Shown here in pieces: positions 53,856 to 63,182 of a stretch of 64,000 nt of DNA (position 1 is its first letter; the number at the start of each line of letters is the position of its first letter). Under the pieces are notes generated by a model that was not told the DNA's origin, searched no databases, and saw nothing but the letters and a program-made list of their open reading frames with translations. The DNA is taken from positions 409,784 to 473,783 of the forward strand of contig CP064957.1 of assembly GCA_016699045.1 (NCBI GenBank), written 5' to 3'. A program made the position numbers and the translations under genes. This DNA comes from a bacterium. Lineage in GTDB: Bacteria; Babelota; Babeliae; Babelales; RVW-14.

Positions 53856-55097
53856 TTATTCGTTAACCACACTTAAAAGTTCTTCAAGACTGATAATGCC
53901 AGCAGCAACTTTAAGCAGGCCATCATGCAAAAGCGAAGGCATGTTATCACGCAAGCCTTGATGCCGAATAAGATCGGCAGAAGCTTTTTTGAGAACCAGG
54001 TCGCGAATGCTGTCATTTAATAAAATTAACTCAAAAATACCCGATCGACCTTTGTGCCCAACATTAAAACATTGTTTGCAACCAACAGCTTTAAAGCGGG
54101 TATTAACGTCGATATTATACGCTTCCATAATTTTTTTCTCATCATCAGAAAGCGGCACTTCTTCTTTGCAGGCTCTGCATAAACTGCGCACTAAGCGCTG
54201 AGAAAGAACGCCGGTCAAGGTCGCATTAATTAAAAATGGCTCAACCTGCATATCCAACAACCGCGTTACCGCACCGGCCGCATCGTTGGTGTGCAACGTG
54301 CTCAGTACCAAATGGCCCGTTAACGCAGACTGCACCGCAATTTGCACGGTTTGTTTGTCGCGAATTTCGCCGATCATGATAACATCCGGATCTTGGCGCA
54401 ACATCGAGCGCAAGCCATTTTCAAAATCAAAACCGGTCTTACTATTAACTTGGCTTTGCGTAATGCCAGGCAAATCGTATTCAACAGGATCTTCCATGGT
54501 AACAATATTACGCTCAGTGCTATTTAAACGCGACAGCAGGGCGTAGAGCGTTGTTGTCTTGCCCGAGCCAGTTGGGCCCGTCACTAAAAAAAAACCTTGT
54601 GGATGGTCAACTATGGCCGCCAGCGCTTTAAAAATATCAGGACGCATGCCCAAAGATTCAAGGGCTAGAATATTTGTCGTGCGATCAAGAATTCGCACAA
54701 CAATTTTTTCTCCATAAATTGATGGAAAGGTGGCAACGCGCAAATCAATTGGTTGAGCATCTGGCTGGTCGAGTATAACTTTAAATTTGCCATCCTGCGG
54801 CACACGCTTTTCTGCAATATCAAGAGCAGCCAAGATTTTAACGCGTGAAAGAACTTGCGGCATAAGCTCGTGATCAAACGTTTCGTGATCGTGCAAAAAA
54901 CCATCAACACGCAAACGAACACGCAAAACACTATTGTCCGGCTGCAAATGAACATCAGAAGCACCCATGGCAATAGCCTTACACAACAAGGTATCAACAC
55001 TATCAACAACGTGATCGCTCACGATGCCTTGCTTGAGCTTTTGTTCGGCATCAAGCAAAACGTAAGCTCCGTGTTCTTCTCGTTCATTCCCAACCAT
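53856..55097 (-). CDS. GspE/PilB-family secretion ATPase (core only, no N1 domain)
   Basis: Walker A GPTGSGKTTTLYA, Asp box MEDPVEY, Walker B DPDVIMIGEIRD, His box LVLSTLHTND, tetracysteine CRACK...CKQC. 413 aa. Confidence 0.85.
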   Translation of the reverse strand: MVGNEREEHGAYVLLDAEQKLKQGIVSDHVVDSVDTLLCKAIAMGASDVHLQPDNSVLRVRLRVDGFLHDHETFDHELMPQVLSRVKILAALDIAEKRVPQDGKFKVILDQPDAQPIDLRVATFPSIYGEKIVVRILDRTTNILALESLGMRPDIFKALAAIVDHPQGFFLVTGPTGSGKTTTLYALLSRLNSTERNIVTMEDPVEYDLPGITQSQVNSKTGFDFENGLRSMLRQDPDVIMIGEIRDKQTVQIAVQSALTGHLVLSTLHTNDAAGAVTRLLDMQVEPFLINATLTGVLSQRLVRSLCRACKEEVPLSDDEKKIMEAYNIDVNTRFKAVGCKQCFNVGHKGRSGIFELILLNDSIRDLVLKKASADLIRHQGLRDNMPSLLHDGLLKVAAGIISLEELLSVVNE

Positions 55098-55121
55098 GCC
55101 CCACCCTTTTAATCTTTATCT

Positions 55122-55520
55122 TTAGCTAATTTTATAGCCAATCAAAAATCCTACGCTACCAGAAACGAAAAGAATGATGTTAGCCTTGATCCATGCAAAA
55201 ATTATTGATGAGATAGTCGTAAGATCGGCGGTTGGTTCAAGACCGACAAGCGCATTAACACCCGCCCAATCAATGGTGATTAATGCATTGTGCTCCAAAA
55301 CTTTGATGATTATGAACGCCATGAACAGCGATCCAAAAAGAAACTTAAAGTATTTCTTAAACAAAAATCCTACCGCAAAGGCCCCACCAAAAAATACCGC
55401 CGCTTGCAAAGCCTCTGCAGACGAACCCGCCATATTTTCTGACCATTGCTTAAAATCAAACGTTTGCCAATAAGTTCTGATTGTTTCGGTATAATAAGAT
55501 AACGTATCCATGATTGCCAT
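55122..55520 (-). CDS. Small integral membrane protein
   Basis: 132 aa, about 3-4 hydrophobic helices. No family recognised. Confidence 0.4.
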   Translation of the reverse strand: MAIMDTLSYYTETIRTYWQTFDFKQWSENMAGSSAEALQAAVFFGGAFAVGFLFKKYFKFLFGSLFMAFIIIKVLEHNALITIDWAGVNALVGLEPTADLTTISSIIFAWIKANIILFVSGSVGFLIGYKIS

Positions 55521-55765
55521 TGCTCAGCCTCCTGCAAAAAAATTACAAAATCAGACCATTTAAAAAATAGTACCCATACTTACATCATTTCAAATTTATA
55601 TTAGCAAATAATAATATACTAATACTAGCAAACCTAAACAAAATAAAAAAAGGCCCATACGTACAACTAATTATTTAGATCTTTTTTCGCCAGAATTTGA
55701 CAAAAAAAAGGGCAGGAATGAAAAACATCCCTGCCAAAACTATTATAAATAGTCGAGAAGGCTTA

Positions 55766-56044
55766 TCAGCCACCTTTAACTATGTCTTTAAGTTTTTTAC
55801 CTGCTTTAAATTTAGGCACTTTTTTGCCAGCAATTTTCATTTTCTTACCAGTTGCAGGGTTAATACCGGTACGTTCTTTTCTTTTAAGAACTGAGAATGT
55901 ACCAAAACCTGTGATAACAACTGATTTGCTTTTCTTAAGAGTTGATTCAATACCTCTCAATATTGATTCAAGTGCATCTTTGCATGTCGTCTTGGCAAGC
56001 TTAGTGTCTTTTGACATAAATTCAATTAATTCAGCTTTATTCAT
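55766..56044 (-). CDS. hup: HU/IHF-family DNA-binding protein
   Basis: MNKAELIEFMSK...VVITGFGTFSVLKRKERTGINPATGKKMKIAGKKVPKFKAGKKLKD, the canonical HU beta-arm. Confidence 0.9.
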   Translation of the reverse strand: MNKAELIEFMSKDTKLAKTTCKDALESILRGIESTLKKSKSVVITGFGTFSVLKRKERTGINPATGKKMKIAGKKVPKFKAGKKLKDIVKGG

Positions 56045-56354
56045 GAATAAAACTCCTTATTTAAAATCTAGATTACATCCAATAAAAATACTTGTGGCAG
56101 TCAACACACAATAAACACACGCTCATCAGAATTGTTCATCCCACAATTTTTGTCAAGCTTATGCAAAACAAAAAAAAGAGCACGCGACATCGCACGTTTT
56201 CTGCACTTCACGCAAATAGTTTAACCCTTCAACAAGCTCCGGGCATACGGGGATTCAAATTTATCTGTAAAAACTGACCGGACAAGCAAAGCAGAGAAAC
56301 TTATATTTTAAGTTTTACCACAGGCTAACTTGCCAGGCATTTTTCACAAATGAT

Positions 56355-56442
56355 TGGTGCCGAGGGCCGGAATCGAACCGGCACGAGTAAAAAACTCGAG
56401 GGATTTTAAGTCCCTTGCGTCTACCAGTTCCGCCACCCCGGC
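56355..56442 (-). tRNA. tRNA-Leu (anticodon UAA), CCA encoded
   Basis: Minus strand gccggggtggcggaactggtagacgcaagggaCTTAAAAtccct...gccggttcgattccggccctcggcacca. 7-bp acceptor stem (one G-U pair), anticodon loop cuUAAaa, long variable arm, TTCGATT T-loop. Confidence 0.9.
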
Positions 56443-56450
56443 ACACATAT

Positions 56451-56524
56451 TGGAGGCGGCACCCGGAATTGAACCGGGGATCGCGGTTTTGCAGACCACT
56501 GCCTTACCACTTGGCTATGCCGCC
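56451..56524 (-). tRNA. tRNA-Cys (anticodon GCA), CCA encoded
   Basis: Minus strand ggcggcatagccaagtggtaaggcagtggtCTGCAAAaccgcgatccccggttcaattccgggtgccgcctcca. Perfect acceptor stem, anticodon GCA, discriminator U. Confidence 0.9.
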
Positions 56525-56575
56525 AAAAAATTTCAAATTTCATAATAATAAGCGATAATACACAGTTTTGAAACT

Positions 56576-57982
56576 TTATACAAGCGTTCCAAACATATTT
56601 GCTACACCAGCCTCATTAATCTTTACATTAACGAAGGAACTAATGAGCGCATCATCGCCATCAAACAGAACTCGAACATTTCCTTCTGTTCTTGCTAAAA
56701 GTTTACCATTTGGGAGGCGTTTTTCAACTAAAGATTTCATTATTTTGCCAATATGTGCATCATTTTTTTCTCGAGAGATAATCCGCTGCCGTTCTTGCAG
56801 AGCTTCCAAGCGCTGCGTTTTAACTTCTGCGAGCGTAGAATCAACCAATTTGGCGGCTGGCGTATAGTTGCGCGGCGAGTAAATAAATGAGTAAACCAAG
56901 TCGTAGCGCACCTTTTCAAGCAGCGCCATCGTTTGCTGATAATCTTCTTCTGTCTCGCCTGGGTACCCAACGATCAAATCGGTCGAAATCGTAGCATCTG
57001 GCAAGCGGCTACGCAGCCAATCGATCTGTTCAAGATACAACTCAATCGTATGATTGCGACCCATTTCAAACAACATGCGCGTAGAACCAGACTGAACCGG
57101 AAAATGAACATAGGGCGGAATTTTATCACGATGCTGAGCGATCACATCAAACAACTCGATGGTCATATCTTGTGGATGCGGACTAACCCAACGAATCCAA
57201 AATTCTCCATCAATTGCCGCCACACGACGTAACAGCTCAGAAAAATCAGCCCCAGTTTGCGGATCACGATAAGAATTAACATTTTGTCCAATCAGCGTTA
57301 TTTCTTTAATTTCGCAAGCAACATCGTGCTTCACACGCTCAATAATTTCAGTCATATCATAGCTCACTTCACGACCACGCGTAAACGGCACAATGCAATA
57401 TTTACAAAACTTGTTGCAGCCGGTCATGATATTGATAAACGATGCGGCCATCTCTTTTTCTGTCTTAAATGGCTTAACATCAGCAGATGGTTTTTTAAAA
57501 AATGGCATCGATTTGGCAAAAAGACCCTTGCTTTGCACATACTGCTTCACGTTGCGGTCTTGCCCTCCCGATTTAACAATGGCCGTAGGATCTTCGCGAC
57601 GCATTTGTTTCTTGGTTTCAAGCTTAACGACCATGTCAGTCAAATACGCCAGGAACGTTTTCATCTCTTCCCGCGCACCATAAACAAAGTTAACTTGATC
57701 AAACCGCTTATAAATTTCGTCTTTTTTATAACTTGCAACGCAACCAATAACGCCAATATTAACGTACGGCTTTTGTTTCTTAATTTCGCTCAAGCGACCC
57801 AAATATGAAAACAGCTTCTGCTCGGCCTTGTCCCGCACGGCGCAGGTATTTACAATCAGCAGATCAGCCTCTTCTTCGGTTGCCACGTCATCACAGCCCA
57901 ATGATTTCAAAAATTTCGCTATTTCTTCAGAATCGGCAACGTTGGCCTGACATCCGTAAGTTTTAAAAAAAAAGGTAATCAT
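56576..57982 (-). CDS. miaB: tRNA methylthiotransferase MiaB (radical SAM, TRAM domain)
   Basis: FKTYGCQANVADSE (UPF0004 N-domain), radical-SAM cluster GCNKFCKYCIVPFTRGRE, C-terminal TRAM-like segment. ATG at 57982 (the ORF track uses the GTG at 57997). Confidence 0.8.
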   Translation of the reverse strand: MITFFFKTYGCQANVADSEEIAKFLKSLGCDDVATEEEADLLIVNTCAVRDKAEQKLFSYLGRLSEIKKQKPYVNIGVIGCVASYKKDEIYKRFDQVNFVYGAREEMKTFLAYLTDMVVKLETKKQMRREDPTAIVKSGGQDRNVKQYVQSKGLFAKSMPFFKKPSADVKPFKTEKEMAASFINIMTGCNKFCKYCIVPFTRGREVSYDMTEIIERVKHDVACEIKEITLIGQNVNSYRDPQTGADFSELLRRVAAIDGEFWIRWVSPHPQDMTIELFDVIAQHRDKIPPYVHFPVQSGSTRMLFEMGRNHTIELYLEQIDWLRSRLPDATISTDLIVGYPGETEEDYQQTMALLEKVRYDLVYSFIYSPRNYTPAAKLVDSTLAEVKTQRLEALQERQRIISREKNDAHIGKIMKSLVEKRLPNGKLLARTEGNVRVLFDGDDALISSFVNVKINEAGVANMFGTLV

Positions 57983-58145
57983 AAGTTCCCCACGCACACA
58001 CCAGATGGTACTAAATTCTTTCGAATATTATATCACTTTTTTCAATTCTTACCTACCAATCAAACTAACGGCCTTGGCAGCTGCCCAAAAAAACTATAGA
58101 ATGTAGAGTATATTTGCATATTATTTCACTAAACGAAAGGTTCTG

Positions 58146-59270
58146 ATGGGCATTCAAGCTGGACTTGTAGGTTTGCCAAATGTCGGTAAATCAACACTCT
58201 TTAACGCTTTAACCAAATCAAGTATCCCAGCCGCAAATTATCCTTTTTGCACGGTTGATCCGCACGTTGCCATAACGTACGTGCCCGACGAACGCTTGGA
58301 CAATTTGGCAAAGATATTTAAATCTGAAAAAAAACTTCCGACCATGGTTAAGTTTGTGGACATCGCAGGCTTAGTAAAAGGCGCGGCAGAAGGCGAAGGC
58401 CTGGGCAACCAGTTCCTTGGTACCATCATGGAAGTCGATTTGGTTTTGCACGTACTCCGCTGCTTTGACGATGGCGACATTACCCATGTTCAGGGAACCG
58501 TCAATCCCATTAACGATTTTGAAATAATCTGCGCTGAACTCATGCTCAAAGACCTTGAGTCCCTGGCAAAACGCGAAGAGCGGCTGCATGGGCTTATGAA
58601 AAAGAAGCTGGCAGCAAGCCCACAACAAGTTAAAGAATGGGAAGCTGAAAAAGAATACATTCCGCTTCTCAAAGACGCACTTAACAAGTTTGACTTGGCA
58701 AAAGTGCAAGAACTTTTCCGCAAAGCAAAAGCAGAAAAAATCCCACTGCAACCATTGCTTTCTGGCAAAAATTATATGCTCATCGCTAACTTATCAGAAG
58801 ATGATTATGCGGGCACTAACTACGAAAACAACCGACACTACCAAGCATTGGTAGCAAAGTTTGGCAAAGAAAACGTTATTCCTGTGTCTGCTAAAATTGA
58901 ATCTGAATTGGCTCAAATGGACGATGCCGACGCACAAGAAATGATGCACGACCTGGGCATTGTACAAAAAGGCTTGGATAATATTATCGCACGCGCTTAC
59001 CAAGAACTTGGTTTGATAACCTTCTTTACTTGTGGCCCCAAAGAGGCTCATGCGTGGAGCTTGCATAAAAATACCAAGGTGCCTCAAGCAGCTGGTGAAA
59101 TTCACTCAGACCTTGAACGCGGCTTTATTTGCGCTGAAGTGTACAACTATCGCGACATCTTGCAAGCTGGTAGCGAACAAAAACTTAAAGAAACCGGCAA
59201 AATGCGCACCGAAGGCAAAGAATATATTGTCCAAGATGGCGATCTGTTAAATATCCGGTTTAACGTTTAA
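58146..59270 (+). CDS. ychF: Ribosome-binding ATPase YchF
   Basis: GLVGLPNVGKSTLFNALT, DIAGLVKGAAEGEGLGNQFL, C-terminal TGS-like FFTCGPKEAHAW...IHSDLERGFICAEV. Confidence 0.95.
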   Translation: MGIQAGLVGLPNVGKSTLFNALTKSSIPAANYPFCTVDPHVAITYVPDERLDNLAKIFKSEKKLPTMVKFVDIAGLVKGAAEGEGLGNQFLGTIMEVDLVLHVLRCFDDGDITHVQGTVNPINDFEIICAELMLKDLESLAKREERLHGLMKKKLAASPQQVKEWEAEKEYIPLLKDALNKFDLAKVQELFRKAKAEKIPLQPLLSGKNYMLIANLSEDDYAGTNYENNRHYQALVAKFGKENVIPVSAKIESELAQMDDADAQEMMHDLGIVQKGLDNIIARAYQELGLITFFTCGPKEAHAWSLHKNTKVPQAAGEIHSDLERGFICAEVYNYRDILQAGSEQKLKETGKMRTEGKEYIVQDGDLLNIRFNV

Positions 59271-59282
59271 AAAAATAGTTAT

Positions 59283-59327
59283 AAAAAAAGAGCGGCTTGG
59301 AAGAAAATTCCAAGCCGCTCTTTTTTT
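59283..59327. terminator. Bidirectional rho-independent terminator
   Basis: Perfect 11-bp stem gagcggcttgg (59290..59300) / ccaagccgctc (59310..59320), flanked by A7 and T7 runs. Lies between convergent ychF and the PQ-loop gene. Confidence 0.7.
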
Positions 59328-59341
59328 ATATTTTTCTTTAA

Positions 59342-59968
59342 TTAACGTTTGCGATACAGATAAAATTGTAGGCAAAACAGGATATAAAAAAACAAGCCAC
59401 GAATTGCCATAAATTGCGTTGGCACGGGCAGTGGCTTTGCAAACGAAACTATCATTTCCAATATGGTACCAAAGCCCACAATAGAGACAAAAACAAAACT
59501 AAAGCCGTGCACACTTTTTTGACGATACATTTTCAACACTTGTGGAATCTGATTGGTTGAGAAAAAAATGGCAGCTATCCAACCACACACAGTCCCAAAC
59601 TCAAGCGGCCACCACAACCCCAACGGGAAGCTGACAACACCTAAAACAACATAAAAAGCGACAAACGCAAAAAATCTTTTGTGCGCTGCTAAACCTTCAT
59701 ACCACAATCGTTGACAAAGAATAAAGCACACGCCCGCCAATTCAAGCGGAACAAACACTTTATATGCCATCATCAAATTGCAATGAAAGACGTAGTACAC
59801 GCAAGTAATGTAGGCAATAAGAAACGAGAGAAGGTAGGCATCACTCAAGCCGGCGGTCGTTTTAAGCCGATAATTTTTTATAATTTGCGGCAAGAAACTG
59901 ACGGCATAGGACAACAATGATACCCACGCAAAAATACTAATAATAAAAGGAGACATTAAACACTTCAT
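59342..59968 (-). CDS. Seven-TM PQ-loop family membrane protein (two PQ motifs)
   Basis: Two PQ-loop signatures, SFLPQIIKNYRLKTTAGLS and TNQIPQVLKMYRQKSVHGFS, separated by ~3 helices. Seven hydrophobic helices by eye. Start taken at MKCLMSPF (59968), which avoids overlap with the ABC-F gene. Confidence 0.65.
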   Translation of the reverse strand: MKCLMSPFIISIFAWVSLLSYAVSFLPQIIKNYRLKTTAGLSDAYLLSFLIAYITCVYYVFHCNLMMAYKVFVPLELAGVCFILCQRLWYEGLAAHKRFFAFVAFYVVLGVVSFPLGLWWPLEFGTVCGWIAAIFFSTNQIPQVLKMYRQKSVHGFSFVFVSIVGFGTILEMIVSFAKPLPVPTQFMAIRGLFFYILFCLQFYLYRKR

Positions 59969-59975
59969 TTCGGTC

Positions 59976-61862
59976 TTACTTTGGCGGTTGAAGAGTCTCC
60001 CACTCGCCATAAGCAATCTTTAAATCTTTCTTAATCTGCTCAACCAAGTCGGCATTTTTGTCGAATTCCTTGGTTCCATACTCCAGAATGGCAAACTTTT
60101 CGCCACATTCTGTAAGTTGTTTTTCAAGCTTTTCAATATGACGCTCAAGCTTAGCCAATTTTTTAGCTGCGTCATATTGCTGCTTATCTTTTTGTGCTGC
60201 CTGCTGGCCTTCGGTTTCTGGCTCATCAGCAATGGGTGCATTTTGAGCCATAAGTGCTTCACGCGCTTCTTTTTGATACAAATACGAGCTATAGTCACCG
60301 CTGTAGCTAATAATCCCATCTTGTGTTAATTCAAAAATACGATTTGGCAACGCATCCAAGAACGTACGATCGTGAGAAACAAACAAAATAGTACCAGGAT
60401 ATTCTTGCAACGCTTTCAACAAAATTTCTTTAGATTGAAGATCCAAATGGTTGGTAGGTTCGTCCAATATTAAAAAGTTTGATGATTGCAACAGCACTTT
60501 AACCATTGCTACTCGGTTCTTTTCACCACCGCTTAACACACCAATCTTTTTGTACACATCATTGCCTGGAAACAAGAAGGCACCCAACAACGCACGAACA
60601 CGTGCACGTTGCTCACTTGTTTTACATACATCTTCAACGTCCTGCAAAATTTCTTTGTGTTTATTGAGCAACTTGTCTTGATCTTGTTCAAACATCGACC
60701 ATAGCACGTTGTAACCAAATTCAAACGTACCAGAATCTTGCTTGCACAAACCAGCAATAACACTCAACAAGGTTGTTTTACCTTTACCGTTGGCAGCCAC
60801 AATAGCAGCTTTATCGCCCCGATTCAGTTCAAACGAAACATTATGAAAAATAGTTTGGCTGTCATACTTTTTAGCTAAATTTTCAACTTTAAGTACCACA
60901 TTACCAGCACGCACCACATCAGGAAAATTAAATCTCACCGACTTATTCCGTCTGATCGGCTCAAGTACCTCCATTTTTTCAAGCGACTTGATCATACTTT
61001 GTGCCATTTTTGCTTTAGAAACTTTGGCACGGAAACGCTCGATCGTTTCTTTCTTTTCTTTTATTTCTTTTTGTTGACGCACATACGCCGATTCATGAGC
61101 AGCTTCTTCTTCTTCTCTTTGTTCCATATAGCGAGAATAGTTGCCATAATACAAACGACCCTTCGCGCGATCAAGCTCAAAAATATAATCTACCGCATGG
61201 TCAAGGAAATAACGATCATGAGAAACCAATAAAAAGCCGGCAGGACAATTTCTTAAAAAGCCCAAAAACCAATCTTTTGCCACAACGTCCAAGTGGTTAG
61301 TTGGTTCGTCGAACAGGAAAAAGTCTGGCTCTTGTAACAACAGCTTGGCCAATACCACCCGCATACGCCAGCCAACACTCAACTGATCAACGGTCTTGTT
61401 CATATGCTCAGGCGTAAAACCAAGACCTTCCAAAATATTGCGCGCTTTAAGGAGTTGTTGATCAAAATTCGCTTCAGCATACAAGGCTTGAACATGCGCA
61501 TAGCGCTCAATTTTATCTTCTGCAAAATCAGTAATGCCTGAATGAAAATAAGCATCCAATTCTTCAAGTTCTTTTTTAAGCGAGGTCAAATCAGCAAATA
61601 CTGTCATTGCTTCTTCAAGTACCGGCAAATTGGATGAAAGCACTACTTCTTGAGGTAGGTAGCCCACTTTCTTTTTCTTTTCAAAAGAAACGGTTCCACG
61701 ATCAAGACCAATATGTCCGGACAAAACTTTAAGCAAGGTTGACTTGCCCGCACCATTTGAACCGACAACACCAATTTTTTGATCGTCTTGAAAACAAAAA
61801 GAAATGTTATCAAAAACAAGCTTACTACCTAATTCTAAGAAAATATCATCTGCTATAAACAT
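59976..61862 (-). CDS. ABC-F family ATPase (two ABC domains, no TMD, C-terminal coiled coil)
   Basis: Walker A GVVGSNGAGKSTLLK and AIVAANGKGKTTLLS. Signatures LSVGWRMRV and LSGGEKNRV. Inter-domain linker rich in E/K/R. Confidence 0.9.
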   Translation of the reverse strand: MFIADDIFLELGSKLVFDNISFCFQDDQKIGVVGSNGAGKSTLLKVLSGHIGLDRGTVSFEKKKKVGYLPQEVVLSSNLPVLEEAMTVFADLTSLKKELEELDAYFHSGITDFAEDKIERYAHVQALYAEANFDQQLLKARNILEGLGFTPEHMNKTVDQLSVGWRMRVVLAKLLLQEPDFFLFDEPTNHLDVVAKDWFLGFLRNCPAGFLLVSHDRYFLDHAVDYIFELDRAKGRLYYGNYSRYMEQREEEEAAHESAYVRQQKEIKEKKETIERFRAKVSKAKMAQSMIKSLEKMEVLEPIRRNKSVRFNFPDVVRAGNVVLKVENLAKKYDSQTIFHNVSFELNRGDKAAIVAANGKGKTTLLSVIAGLCKQDSGTFEFGYNVLWSMFEQDQDKLLNKHKEILQDVEDVCKTSEQRARVRALLGAFLFPGNDVYKKIGVLSGGEKNRVAMVKVLLQSSNFLILDEPTNHLDLQSKEILLKALQEYPGTILFVSHDRTFLDALPNRIFELTQDGIISYSGDYSSYLYQKEAREALMAQNAPIADEPETEGQQAAQKDKQQYDAAKKLAKLERHIEKLEKQLTECGEKFAILEYGTKEFDKNADLVEQIKKDLKIAYGEWETLQPPK

Positions 61863-62005
61863 GACTCTGCGCCTCTAATGCTTTAATCACAACTAAAAAC
61901 CCTCACGGGAATAACCTTGTTTGCTAGAAAAAACCGAATGGCTCTTAAGAAAAAACAACATGTCTGATTGTAGCAGACAAAGGGCTTTTTCGCAAGAAAG
62001 ACCCT

Positions 62006-63163
62006 TTATATCCCAATACCGCGCTTTTTGATACTTTTTTGGGAGGCAAAAACCTGCTTATTGCGCTCTATACCAACTTTTCTGATAAGGCTAAAAAAGA
62101 ACTCCCGATCAGCACCTTTGACCACAGCCTGCTCATGAGCCTCGGCCAAAGCAACCGGATACCCCCGCCCTTTAATGGCCTGATCAATGAGAACCTTACA
62201 CACAAAATCTACCATCTGCGAATCCTTGACCATCCAGCCAGGCAACTCAACCCGTACCGTTTCTTTTTCAACATTCAAATAAAAAAAGCAGGGCTTTAAA
62301 AAACGGGGATAGAACTCGGTAATACTTGAGCGGCTAAAAAAAATCGTGGTTCGATGAAAAGGCGGCAGAAAATTTTGCAAAAGCTGCGTATCAACCAACA
62401 ACTCAAACTGCTTGCACGGACACCCAGCAACCCGTCCCTGACAGGGAACAAACGATTCTTTTTTATGCTCACACGCCCGCAACCTGATCATGTTCACCAG
62501 CTCTTTACTTTTGGGCATACTGATATATCCAGCAATGGGCAACTGCTGCTCATACAACCGGTGCAAATACAATAAATATTTTTGTAAAAAAGCATCGCGA
62601 ATTTCTTCTGGCTTACTTTCCAAATGCCAAAAAATTAAGCTACCATCAAAGAGCGTGAGTAAGGGCCGCTCAGCAACTCGTGCTTGAGCGGCCCGTTGAC
62701 TTGCAATCTCGAATTCCAGCTCTTCACGTTTTAAATCTACAAAATCGACAGAAAACGAAAGTTCGCTCGTTGGGGGCACTACCTGCTCGGGCAAAAATAA
62801 TCGTGGCTCAGAAAAAAAATTTGCCTTACTAGTATCTGAATACGAAAGCAAGACGCCACCACAATTGATCAGAAAACATCCCACGCCGGCAATATGCCGA
62901 TCGGGATAAATCTGTGATCCATCAACGGCCAAGACGTCATAATGCTTAAGATCATCAACTACGGCAACACGCGCGCCCAACTGGTCCATCCACACGGGCA
63001 AACCAGCAGCGCCGCGCGCTTGCTGCAAACGCTCAACAAATGGTTCATCTTTGAGCAAATGTTTCCATGCCTGCTGGCCTAAATTACTCTGCGGCGTATC
63101 GTGCAGGAATAATTTTTCGGCCAACCCTGAAACTTCTTGAGCCAATTTATCGTGCTTGAGCAT
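62006..63163 (-). CDS. NurA-like nuclease domain protein
   Basis: VLAVDGSQIYPDRH...LFDGSLIFW...GYISMPKS...YPVALAEAHEQAVV resembles the bacterial NurA-domain pattern (from memory). No HerA-like ATPase is adjacent. Confidence 0.45.
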   Translation of the reverse strand: MLKHDKLAQEVSGLAEKLFLHDTPQSNLGQQAWKHLLKDEPFVERLQQARGAAGLPVWMDQLGARVAVVDDLKHYDVLAVDGSQIYPDRHIAGVGCFLINCGGVLLSYSDTSKANFFSEPRLFLPEQVVPPTSELSFSVDFVDLKREELEFEIASQRAAQARVAERPLLTLFDGSLIFWHLESKPEEIRDAFLQKYLLYLHRLYEQQLPIAGYISMPKSKELVNMIRLRACEHKKESFVPCQGRVAGCPCKQFELLVDTQLLQNFLPPFHRTTIFFSRSSITEFYPRFLKPCFFYLNVEKETVRVELPGWMVKDSQMVDFVCKVLIDQAIKGRGYPVALAEAHEQAVVKGADREFFFSLIRKVGIERNKQVFASQKSIKKRGIGI

Positions 63164-63182
63164 GGTGCCTACTTTTCATAAT

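Noticed and set aside
56354-56545. A 63-aa plus-strand ORF.
   Set aside because: It lies entirely antisense to the tRNA-Leu and tRNA-Cys genes.
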